In this document: positions 13,301 to 24,691 of the stretch, piece after piece | Layout: each line of letters opens with the position of its first letter | How positions within the stretch are numbered: position 1 is the first letter of the stretch | Assembly: GCA_051453625.1 (NCBI GenBank) | Contig: JBOZIK010000001.1 | Coordinates: 47,327,012-47,391,011 of the forward strand | DNA from: Welwitschia mirabilis | Lineage: Eukaryota | DNA: 64,000 nucleotides | Direction: 5' to 3' | Notes under the pieces: generated by a model | Database searches by the model: none | Seen by the model: the letters and a program-made list of their open reading frames with translations, nothing else | Told to the model about the DNA's origin: nothing | Translations under genes and position numbers: made by a program

Positions 13301-15390
13301 AAATGCTTGATCCTTTTATTAGACTTGTTCTTAACTTGAGTTCTAAAAACCTTTAGAGTTATTAAAGGATTCCGAGTTTTCTCTCATTGCATATAACCAA
13401 GTATTATGAGATAAATCATCAATGAAGGTAATAAAATGTAAAGCATTAGAAATTGATTTAGGAGTAATTGGTCTAACAACATTATAATATACTAAATCAA
13501 GGACATCCTTCCACCCATGACATTCATTTTGTTTAAAATTACCTGATGACTTTTTTCATATTCACAATCTTCACAAAATTATAATGGAATATTTGAAATA
13601 TTTGGTAAAATACTACTTTGTTATAGTACCTTCATGTCATATTCACTTAGATGTCTAAGGTGTCTATGCAAAAGCTAGATCTCATCATCCCACTCATCTT
13701 TGATCACTATGATTTTAGCTTTTAGTTTAGATGTAACATCATGCATGATGTACAAGGAACATTCCTTTAGCCCCTGCAAAACTATTAGAATGCCCTTTGA
13801 GATCTTTTAAGAGCCTTCATCAAAAGTCATATTATAACCATCAGCATCCATTCATCTAATATATTTAAGATATTTATGTAAAGGAGGTAAAAATCTCACA
13901 TCCTGCAGAGTTATTTTCTAGCTGTTAATTGTACAATGACTATATTTCCAGTACCTTAAATCACATAAGCATTCCATTTTCATACGTAACATGCCAAGTA
14001 GATTATCTAGTCAAGGTGTGAAAATAAGAATTATTGAAACATACATGGAATGATGAGCTAGTGCTAATAATCCAAATGCTAGATTTTCCAAGATCTTCCT
14101 TTTCTAGCATAGTACTATGAATGCTGAAAAACACCACTCTAGCTTTTCTATCAATCCTATTTTGATCATTCCCAGCTATAGCTCCATAGGCCTTCTTTGT
14201 TTTTGTCTTATGAAGAGAACAATCCTTTCTCTAGTGACCTTTCTTATTGCATACCTAGTAAGAAATATCTTTATTTTAGAGTCTTTCCTTGCTCTGACTT
14301 TAACTCCATTGCCCTATTTAACCTATTTGTTAAGATCTTTCTCTTCTTTTAATACTTGGGACTTTTGCATTAATAAAAACATTTTGCATGGATTTTTTTT
14401 CTTTTTTTAGCATCTAACAGATTAGCAACCACATCATCAAACCTTAGTGCATTAGTTCTTGAGGTAGCATTAATGGTAGAAACTATGGTCTCCCAATTAT
14501 TAGGCAATAACAAGAGTAACAAAAGTAATCTAACTTTTTTACCCAAGGTCATTTTCAATGATTTCAACTAAAAAAAATAACTATTAAGTTCTAAAAGATG
14601 TTGGATAAGTGAAGTATTTTCCTTCATCTTCAGTTAAAAAAATCTTCTTATCACAAAGAATTTATTTGTTTCAGAGGGTTATTCATACATGAATGTAAGC
14701 TTCTTTTACAAATCTTAGAACTTCATCCAATAGATAAGGCCCAATAAGAAACATCTTTCTGTCAAGCTTCATCTAAGCATCTACATTCATGCTTAAGGGT
14801 CATTTGGCATTCCCTTTTTAATCAGATCCTTACATAGATTTTAGTATAAAATGTCGACCATCAAGATTTTCTAGATCTACCGGTTAGCCCTATTAACTTC
14901 TGGATCTCCACTTTTTCCATCTCATCCAAAGCACGAACTTAGAATAAGAACTATGTCCAAAAGAATCTACTAGAATCTCTTGTCTAAAAATGAGAAAAAT
15001 CTTAAAGCTCTAATACTAGTTATTATTCAAATGTGGAAGCGAGAAACAAAATAAGAATGAAGAAAATAAACAATAACTTAAAAAGAAAAACACTTACATG
15101 ATTTATGTGGTAAAACGCTTTAATGCAAAGGAAAACATTCATGGGAAATTAGATAGTCTACTGGCCTTTAGAAAAGAATAACAGAGTTACAACAAGGCTT
15201 TATCCTTCAAAAGAAGAATTCTATTCGACATCCTTTAATAATTTCTTAAGTGGACAATACACATATCCCCAACTCAAGGCTCCAAGGCCTTTTCTATAGC
15301 ATTATCCCTAATTCTATAACATTCTACCTAGAACTAATAATAGCATTACTGGTACAAATATAATTATAACCAAAGGGGGCTATAGTACAT
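10350..15390 (-). mobile_element. Ty1/copia LTR retrotransposon, near full length, degenerate
   Basis: LTR segments 10350-10510/10973-11030 and 15210-15390 align. Decayed Met-PBS GCTCTAATACTA at 15007-15018, decayed PPT at about 11141-11155, and the internal order is gag-PR-INT-RT-RH. Confidence 0.92.
11230..14930 (-). pseudogene. Copia gag-pol polyprotein pseudogene
   Basis: ORF-track fragments: LLLLLPNNWETIVSTI (gag), FWDEATTIATYLINRCPS (integrase), DVKGYLIWD, IPYTSIVQSIMYA..SDIAYALGVIS (RT). Manual MLYVYDMLVA is a decayed YVDD box. Many stops and frameshifts. Confidence 0.92.
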
Positions 15391-15598
15391 CGAGCAATTA
15401 GTATAGCTAAAGACGAGTTAGAAAAGTAGATAAGCAGAATGAAAATTTGATGCATCTACTTTAATAAGCATACTAGAGTAGCTTTTATTGATACTTTTGT
15501 TGGTCTCAAGAGCAGATTTGGTATGTCTTGCATTGCGTTAGTGGACTAGAGATTACGGGTTAACTCATGGCTAGCATTCTTTGCTTCCATTGGAATTG

Positions 15599-15820
15599 TT
15601 CTACTATGATGAACAATTACTTGCAACATTGAAAATATATTTCTTGCATTGTTGGAGATGTCATCTTTGAAGATAATAATTACAATACTTGTAGATGAAT
15701 CATGCTTATTCTACTATGATGAACAACTACTTGCAACATTGGAAATATACTTAGCTTTCTTGCATTATTGGAGATGTCATCTTTAAAGATAACAATTACA
15801 AGACCTATAGATGAACCATG
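15599..15820 (+). repeat. Tandem duplication, two ~110-bp units
   Basis: TTCTACTATGATGAACAAYTACTTGCAACATTG...GGAGATGTCATCTTT...TAGATGAAYCATG occurs at 15599 and 15709. Confidence 0.95.
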
Positions 15821-17499
15821 TTGCAATTTTTGTAGAATTTTATGGGATTATGGATTAAGCTATTGCAATTTGTTATGAAGATTAGTCTTTTATCAAAGTA
15901 GATCTTGAAAAGGGGGCATATGACTATGTTAATATACTTGAAAGGAATCATTAAGATTCTTATCATTCTTAAATTGAGAAAGAATCAATTAAAATTAATA
16001 AAAGTACAAATTTTTTTTATATTTGAAACAATTTTAGAAGGGGTTTGAAAATATTCAAAAGGCCTTTGAAAAGACATGGCAGATGATCTATCCAAGGGAC
16101 TTTTAAAGATGTTGAAGGATTTTTGGAAAGCATATCAAAGGATCTTTAGAATATTCAAAGAGTATTTAGAAAAGATGATGATGAGGTAAAGGCCATCGTC
16201 ATCGTCTTTGGCAAATTCAAAACAAGGTTCAAGAATGGAAGATGTGCTATATTAAGGCTAGATCGAATAGGGGGCAAATTTTTTGAAAGGGTTATAGGTT
16301 GGTATAAAGTGGATGAAGAGAGAGAAGAGACATTATTACCTGTTTTCCACTCATACTCTCACTTTCATGAGCTTAAAATCGGTTGTCGAGAATCTTAAGG
16401 TTCAGCTTAAATAATGCAGCCAATGATAATAACATTTTTTTCCTAAAATTAGCAAATAAGTTTACTAGTAAACCTATACTAATGATGTTGAAGAAATTGG
16501 CAGAAATGGTTTTAAAGAATTGCATATCAAATAGCATTGTTGTAATGGCTCATCACAGTCCACTATTTTATAAAATAATTTAAGGTTGGGCTCAAGAGGA
16601 AAAGAAGAGAAAAATAAGTGAAGTATCTACTCCTAAAATTAAGGGAAGTACATATAGATCTAAACATAAGTAGCCAAGAAAGTAACTAATAGTATGATTA
16701 AAAAATTTAATCAATTATATATTTAGCATTTGTAAGAAGAAGAAGGACCTTTTTGTAAACATTATGGAGAAGAAGATCATGAAGGTACTAGTTGTCCTTG
16801 GATGCAAGAGTTTGTCCAATGGTTATATAAAAAAATACTAGATTTAAATGTAAGAAATCAACTACAAATTAAAAATAAACCTTATCCTTGTCAAAGTAGG
16901 AAATTAAAACCAAAGACAAAAAAAAAAATTGCATAAATATGTCAGCTCTGAGAGACAACAAAAATATGCATTTTATAGAAACTAGAGGAATAAAGATATT
17001 AAGAATGATAAAGAAATCAAGAATTGGATAAAGAAGAGGAAAAGATTCCTACCCAACCATAACCAAATCCTAGAGAAGCCACTAGTATAGTAGTATCCAC
17101 TAGATTAGAAAAGCCTAAAGTAATGGATTAGAAACGAAAAATAAAAAGCCAAAAAATAATTCAACTCAAATACTAAAAAACTCAAATAAAAAATAATAGT
17201 TATAAAGAAATAATTAGATACCATGTCTTTTCCTGTGATAAATAAATAAATTATACACTTGAAGATTGAAAAAGACATTGAGCATCCAACTATATCCTTA
17301 GAAAATACCAATATAGCTTTACCTCTGTTAAAATTATTAAACTATGTACAAGTTTATTAGAAGTAAATGAAGAGTATATATTCAAAGCAAAGAAGCAAAA
17401 ACAGACAAAGAGAGATGGTTAAGAAAAATCAAGTTTTTTGGGCTTCTACATAGATTCTACAGAAGAAGTAACATGAGAAATATAGTAACCTAGGTACAT

Positions 17500-20400
17500 C
17501 CATGAGAGACATTATAATTGATAACAAACTCAAAGTTAAAGCATTAGTTGATTTAGAGGCAAGTGTAAATGTTACGACGTATGAAACCTATGAGGAATTA
17601 GGGAAACTAGAACTATCACTCTACCAAGAAAAAGTTCACTTAACTAATGGAGCAACAGTAACTCCTGAGGGTGTTCTTAAAGATTAACCTATTAAACTCC
17701 AAGGATTCATTTACTTAATAAACTCTTTAATTATGAAAACTTAAGGGGATATTCATACAATTATTTTAGGAATACCTTGAATGGATATTACTAATGTAAC
17801 TATTTACCTGATACAGTGAATGATGAAAATCAATTTGAGTGATTTAAAGTAAGAAATTAAATTATATGATTTAATAGTCTTAGAAGAAATGGGATCAAAC
17901 TGTGAAGCTATGAGTAATGCTATATTAGCTCAGGAATTTCACATAATTTTAAGATAAAAAAGGAAGAAAAATAGAAGAATTAACATTACAAGAAATAGAA
18001 AAGCTACCTCTCAAAGAAGGATTGAAATACATAGAGGTAGAATCTAATAGACCTCTGATTATTAATAGCAATTTGACCCACTCTTAAAAGAGGACATTGA
18101 AAAGGATGTTAGCTAAAAAAAGGAAAGCTTTTTCATGGGATCATTCTAATATTAGAGGAATAGACCTAGAAGTATATTAACATAGTATTTCTGTAGATGC
18201 CGTAATCAAATCTGGTATAAAATCTAAGAGAAGATGTAATCTACACATGCAAGATGTCATTAACTAAGAAATAATAAAGCTCTAGTTGAAATAAAACAAT
18301 AATCCTTATGAAACATTTTCAATTATTAAGGATCACTTAATTTGAAGAAAATATTGATGACTAATCATTTCTTAGATGATGCTTGGAGGATGATTATCTC
18401 TTTATGATTTCAAATCAAAGTGCCTTTGTTAGTGTTAAGAAACATGTTTGCAATAAGAGAAGTGAAACTACTTCCATAAGTATGTACTCAAATCATGACC
18501 TACTAATTCCTTGGTGGAGTTCTCACAATGAACTTATTGGTTTACTTATGTTAGGACATGGCAATATATGTGTATTTTTTATTTTTTATTTTTATACAAA
18601 AAAATAATTATACAATTACTTTTAGNNNNNNNNNNNNNNNNNNNNNNNNNNNNNNNNNNNNNNNNNNNNNNNNNNNNNNNNNNNNNNNNNNNNNNNNNNN
18701 NNNNNNNNNNNNNNNNNNNNNNNNNCCCACTCTAAAAAGACAAAATTAAGAAGAATGTTGGTTAAGAAAAAGAAAGCTTTTGAATCATACTAATACTAGA
18801 GGAATAGAACCAAAAATATATCAACATAGGATTTATGTAGATGTCTCAATCAAACCTAGTAGGCAACTTAAGAGGAGATGCAATCTATACATACAAGATG
18901 TCATTAAATAAGAAAGAACTAAGCTTTTGAATGTAGGTTTATCTATATAATATCAAATTCAAAATGGATATGTCTTGTGACTATAGTATCAAAAAAGGAA
19001 AATAAATGGAGAAAATGTATAGATTTCAGAATGTTAAATACAACAACTTATAAACATAATTTTCCATTATCATTTGTAGAACAAGTTCTAGAAAGAATTT
19101 CTAGACATCATTACTATAGTTTTATTAATGAATATAGTAGATATAATCAAGTCCATATACATTTAAAGGATCAATTTTAAACTACTTTTACATGTCATTA
19201 GGGAACATATGCTTTCAAAGTATTACCTTTTGGATTATGCAATGACCCAGTCACATTTCAAAGATTAGTAAATAGTATATTTTAAGACATCATTAGAAGA
19301 TCAATGGAAGTATTTTTGAATGACTTTTTAACCTTTAAAAATAAATTTAAAGATGCTTTAGAAAGAACAGAAAGAGTTTTAGAAAGGTGTGAAAAGAAGA
19401 AACTCAAAGTAAGTTGGTCTAAAAGTCATCTCATGATCGTAAAATAAATAGTTCTTGGACACAAAATTTTCCAAAAGGGATTAAAACTAATGAATAAAAG
19501 GTAAAGGTTATAAAGGATATACCACCTTTAACTAAATTGAAAGATATTAGGTGTTTTCTGGGAGATGTTGGATATTACAAAAGGTTTATAATGAATTTCA
19601 ATAAGATCACTAAATCCTTTAGTAACCTTCTATAAAACGATGTGGATAATATTTGAACTAATGAATGCCAAGATGCTTATCAAACATTAAAAGAGAAACT
19701 ACTCAAATCTCTTGTGTTATAGGGATCCAATGGAGCAAAGCCATTTCATAGAATGACTGGTGCATCTAATCATGCTATGGAAGTTGTTTTAAGGTAGAAA
19801 TATGATGATAATAAATCTTATGCTATTACTTATATTAGTAAAAATTGTAAAGCAGCTCAATAGAATTACACAATTACAAAGAAAGTACTATTAGTAGTTA
19901 TCATATCATTAGAAAAATTTAGACACCATATTTTAGGATATAAAGTAAAAGTTCATACTAATCATAGTGTAATTAGATTTATAATGAATAAGAGTGAAAA
20001 ACACTCTAGGATTATGAGATGGGTATTATTCATGCAGGAATTTGACTTAAAAATCATAAATAAAAAAGGGACACAGAATGTTGCAGCTAATCACTTATCG
20101 AGTTTAGAGTTCCCTGATGAGGAAGAACAAATCAGTATTAGAAATGAATTTCCTAATGAATATCTTTTTCAGATCAAGATAAAACCATCAATTATAGATA
20201 TTGTTAACTTTATATCCAGCAAGAAAGTATGGCCTTTCTTGAACTATTATGAAAAGGAAAAATTATTAAGAGAAGCTAGAGATTATATATGACATGATAA
20301 AGAAATGTAATTATCATATCATAATGAGATGTGCTAAGAAAGAATTACAAGAGGAAATCCTTAAGAAACCTCATGGGGAAGAAGGGGAAACACTACAATG

Positions 20401-21390
20401 CAAGAATAATAGGAATAAGAGTATTACATATGAGATACTATTGGTCAACCATATTCAAATTACTTATGTGTAAAAATGTAATAAATGCTAGAGAGAAGGG
20501 GCATTCACTTAAAAGTTGGAGATGTTGATATAGTTAATTGGACCTTTTGATGTTTAGAAAATAGATTTTGTTAAACCAATTAATCCTCCTTCATATGGTA
20601 AAAGATACATTGTGGTATGTGTTGACTATCCTACTAAGTTGGCAGAGGCTAAAGCTGTTACCCATTTCTCTTTTCAAACTGTTATAAACTTTTTTCTTAA
20701 AAATATAATCTATTGATTTGGAGCTCCTAGAAGTCTTATCTCTTATGGAAAAACTCACTTGACCAATGAAATCTTTGAAAAGATTCTTCTTAAATATGGA
20801 ATTCATCACAAGTTGTCTACTTTCTGTTATCCTTAAACCAATAATTAAGCTAAAGTGACCAATAGAGAACTAAATAGGATATTAATAAAAATTATCAATA
20901 TAAAGAAAACAGATTGGAAGATAAACTAAATGAAGCTTTATGGATTCATTGAATAACTTGGAAGCATAGTATAGAATTTACACCAGATGAATTAGTTTAT
21001 GAAAAAGGGAAATATTACCTATTGAGTTTAAAATTAGGACTTTTAAACTAGCTAAAGAATTAAGATGCAATTTAGATAAAGCCCAAGAGGAATGCATAGA
21101 AAACATGAATATATTAGATGAACAAAGGAGAGAAGCCCTTTTGAGAAAAGAATTAACACAAGAGAAAATCAAAGTAACTATGATAGTAGTATCAAAAAAA
21201 TGAAAATTAAATAAGGTGATTTAGTCCTAGTCTATGACCCATAAAAACTTCATTCCAAACAAAAATACACCCAAAAATGGCTAGGGCCATTCTTAGTAAT
21301 AAAAGTAATAAGAAATGGGGCATTTGAAATTTATGATCTTAAAGAAAAGATGACCTGCAAAGTAAATGGACAAAGACTAAGAATTTACAA
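17500..21390 (+). pseudogene. Gypsy pol pseudogene (PR-RT-RH-INT)
   Basis: ORF-track fragments 17502-17687, 18977-19180, 19984-20292 and 20331-20528, plus motifs read through stops (LPFGLCNDPVTFQR, MEVFLNDF, VDYPTKLAEA, KWLGPFLV). Confidence 0.92.
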
Positions 21391-21904
21391 TGAATACAAA
21401 CCTTTGTTGAACTATTCAGGAAATCCCTATAGAGTGGAGAGGATACTCCCACTCTAGCTCTAACATGATTAACTAAAATAAAATGATAGTATCAATAGCC
21501 ATATAATTAGTTGATGAAAATTTTAAAGTTAAACTTTACTTTTGGTATTATTTTGAAGACTTTTCTTTTTGGATAAAATACTTAGTACTCTAAATAAATT
21601 TTATTTGTTTAGGCATACCCTTAGAAGGAGTTGAATATCAAGGATTATGTTTTATCAACCCAAAGTTTTATTATGAAAAGAAAATCATTTCTCAAAAACA
21701 GTAAGTCTTTAAAGGGTGGTTAAGATAACCCAGTTCACCTTTATTATTAGCCAACTATATGACTAATGGGAAACATAAAAATATAAGCTATGAGAAATTA
21801 TCTTTATATTAGTTAACTATTTTGGGTCAACTCTACTAGTTATGCATCTTGTATCACTAAGATCTTACATTCCACTAGAAGCCTAAACCCAAAATCAAAT
21901 AAGT

Positions 21905-22072
21905 ACATTGTTCTATTGCAAGTACAGTAGGGCAAATATTCCTCAAAGGGGCCTTCAGTAGTATAATATGGTAGCTAAGGGAATTTTATTAAAGGGATAA
22001 TTGCCCATGATCTACTCTAAAATTATACTTGCAGGTCCTTACTCTTTTAATAGTGGTTGCACTCCCCTCAAT
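21905..22072 (+). repeat. Diverged third copy of the ~200-bp module, about 0.5 kb downstream of integrase
   Basis: TGTTCTA..GGGCAAATATTCCTCAAAGGGGCCTTCAGTAGT..GGTAGCTAAGGGAA..GGGATAATTGCCCATG..TACTCTTTTAATAGTGGTTGCACTCCCCTCA shows the same blocks in the same order as 125-263. Confidence 0.7.
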
Positions 22073-22122
22073 GTACATAAGTGTTTTTTAAACACTATTG
22101 ATAGATAATCTATTTTTAGCCT

Positions 22123-22144
22123 TATATATATATATATATATATA
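22123..22144. repeat. (TA)n microsatellite
   Basis: About 11 TA units. Confidence 0.9.
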
Positions 22145-22634
22145 TTATAATACCTGAGAACTTCTCTCTTTTTGAAGTGAATTCAATGATATATGTACTT
22201 AATACATAGAATTTGTCTAATTTGGTTTTGGTTACTAGCAACAAAATGAAATACCTTCTATATTCTTAATAGTAACCTTTTAATTGCAATACTTAGATTA
22301 AATGATTATTAGATTTAAAGAACCTCTACTATAGTTATTAAATATGAAATACAAGAACAATTACAATACTATCATATGTTTATTATATTAATACTATATA
22401 TGTACCCTCTCTTTACTTAATTTCTTTATTCATTATTATATTATTGTAATCTTTTATCTTTATTATAGATTTTGTATCCTGCACTTTACTTTATACCATA
22501 ACCTCACTTATTCTCCTTACATATACCCTCTTTATTATTGTTTTATCTCCTCTTTTACATTACTCTTTATGTATTAACCTATACTGCATATGCATATGGG
22601 TGTGTGACACTTTGAGGTGTGTGCCAGGGAGCAA

Positions 22635-22660
22635 CACGTGCAATGACGTGCCTAATATAA
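22635..22660 (+). promoter_or_regulatory. Putative promoter core: G-box/ABRE-like pair plus TATA-like sequence
   Basis: CACGTG (22635-22640), TGACGTG (22644-22650) and TAATATAA (22653-22660) at the left edge of a CpG-retaining island, upstream of a host-gene fragment. Confidence 0.35.
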
Positions 22661-23350
22661 GTGGGAGGCCACATCCATTTTCCATTTCTTTATTAGTTGA
22701 ATCAATCACCACATTCTCATTCACATTCAGTATCTTCTAATTTAATGAGCGATCCTTTATGCTCTGAAAACCTATCTCCACGATCTGTCTTGTCAGAAAA
22801 TCTTTGTTTTTCGGAGGTTTAGTGCCAAGCTGATTCTAAAACCACAGTAAGATGTGGATGGCTTTTGATGAAATGGAGGACTAGAATATTACTTTTGGGA
22901 TTTGTGGGTCTTGTTTGCAGGATGAATTGCTCGAGTATTCCAGCATTTAATAGGGCTTGGACTCTTCGGGAAAATTTCTGGGGAAGTACGTCTTTTAGAA
23001 ACTTTGCAATATAGGTTGCTTAGCGTCTACTGGGGTCTGAGAAGAAAGAAGATTTATTTCGTCATTCCACACAACTCTTAGCTTCGAGCTTTTAATATTC
23101 TGTCACCAATTCTTCCATCTACGCTATTCTGCGATTACTTTGGTGGATGTAAGGGAATTGTAGAAGGATTTTGTTACTTGAGGACGGGAAAAGAAGATCG
23201 CAGATCTTCGCGAAGCAAGCTGAATTGGTTTTCTGTATTTTTCTACTCTCAACGAATCACAGGCGTATCACAAAAACATTTTATCAAGTGATCTAATTAG
23301 TTTCCAGTTTCGCCGGCATCACCAAGGTTCAGGGAATTTAATTATCAGAG

Positions 23351-23782
23351 ATGTTGTGGCTGAAAAATGTGTTGAGCGAGACAGTGAAGGTCGGAGGAAA
23401 GAACGACATTACTCGCAGTGTAAGAAACTATGCTGGAACTGTCGTCCAGCAGGCTGGTCAAGCCGTTGCAGAAGGAGCCACGCTCATTCAAGGTCGAATG
23501 CCTGTGCGGGGCTCAAATAACTTTAAAGAGGCTGTTAAGAGATTATAAGAAGTTGAAATATATGCCAGGGAAACAGAACGTGTCTAGGCTTTCAAGAGGT
23601 GGCTGCGTGTTCTTAAAGATATTTATGAAGGTTTACCATATGCTCTTCACTTAGCAGAGCAACACAGTAAGAATTCTTTCATTCCTGACGATGTAATCAC
23701 ATATCTAACAAAAGCTTCTTCGGTTCTTTTCTGTGATCTTGACAGTGGGGATTTAGAAAAGCTTTGTGTTCAAATCGGATGA
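23351..23782 (+). pseudogene. N-terminal fragment of a plant coiled-coil protein gene of the Arabidopsis At5g13560/At2g37370 type
   Basis: Single frame: MLWLKNVLSETVKVGGKNDITRSVRNYAGTVVQQAGQAVAEGATLIQGRM..NFKEAVKRL*EV...ERV*AFKRWLRVLKDI...VLFCDLDSG. It matches the family N-terminus as I recall it (MSWLRxAVxKAVEVGxKNxLTRTVKNYADSVVQHAGQAVAEGAK..RLEE..RWLxxLKEI..VLYYDxDxGG). Two in-frame stops at 23546 and 23585; similarity ends near 23752. Confidence 0.85.
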
Positions 23783-24202
23783 GCTCTCGGATAATGAGGA
23801 ATGGGGATGATTACGTCCAGCAATCCGTAGTTCTGTCTCTCATTGACCCATCTACAAAACCACAAGAATTTGCATTGCTTAAAAAAGATGATTTAAAGAA
23901 AAAGGAGTTACAGAGCAAGGAAGAGAGGAGGAATGGCATTTCTTCATACCTGCAGAACAAGAGAAATAGAGACTGTTCCATAATTTTGATTAAGGTGAAG
24001 GACTCATTTTCTTTGGAATCACATCTTCAAGCAAGAAATGAAACCCAAATAGCGATGTTAGTGAAATGCAATAATGAGGCCCTTTAATTGTATTTTGTCT
24101 AAGCAAACAAGACAAGCCATTTGTAGGTCTTTCTCAATGATATTGTTATCATGTCCATTCCTCTCTTAAGCAAATGGCAAAAGCATTTTTCTTTTCTTAT
24201 AA

Positions 24203-24612
24203 TGTTAAGAAATGTGCCCATAGTTTGGTTGAAAACAACAATAATAAAATCAAACAGAACCATGACAAATGAATTTATGTGGTTCAGCCAATGTGGCCTA
24301 CATCCACTGGTGAGGGAAGAGCAATTGATATTAGTATGTAGAGAGAATACAAACTAAGAGCTTCACAATAATGGAACCATAGCTCTCTAAAAAACAAATG
24401 GCAATGTTTTCTTAATACCTAAGACAACATACAAGAGGGTATATATAGCCATAATAACAGAAAGAACTAACTGATGGAGGTTTGTGGAGGGCTCTGGATC
24501 CTCCTCTACCACCACTAAACCTCCACTAACAAACCACATTGGGCTGAAATGGTCCATCTAAGTTTTCACAAGATCATCGAGCCCAACCCAAGAATTCGTG
24601 ACAACATCAAGA
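24203..24612 (-). repeat. Copia 3' LTR (~410 bp)
   Basis: Begins TGTTAAG, ends TCAAGA (mutated TCAACA) next to the PPT; contains the common copia LTR motif TTTATGTGGTTCAGCC..GCCTACATCCAC and TATATATAG. Confidence 0.75.
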
Positions 24613-24691
24613 AATCTCCACCTTGACTTGAATTCTCCATGGAACTCCAAAAAACTTCTCCACTACTCACTCCAAAAACCCCTATGATGGC

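Larger units (their letters stand above)
16600..22100 (+). mobile_element. Athila-like Ty3/gypsy internal region (gag tail, PR, RT, RH, INT, 3' spacer); probably two copies joined across a gap
   Basis: Zinc knuckle CKHYGEEDHEGTSC (about 16754-16796), protease KALVDLEASVNV, RT WRKCIDFRMLN..HNFPLSF..YSRYNQ, RNase H RWVLFMQEFDLKI..GTQNVAANHLS, and integrase ending KVNGQRLRIY. Domain order is gypsy. Confidence 0.92.

Noticed and set aside
15400..16590. Possible gag N-terminus or captured gene upstream of the gypsy zinc knuckle
   Set aside because: Some open stretches exist, but no motif could be recognised with confidence.
22576..22601. Imperfect hairpin ACCTATACTGCA-TA-TGCATATGGGT as a Helitron 3' end
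   Set aside because: No CTRR terminus at the expected distance on either strand.
23764..24087. 107-aa plus-strand ORF as a real gene or a continuation of the At5g13560-like frame
   Set aside because: Different frame, non-ATG start, no recognisable homology; the minus strand shows better splice-like signals.
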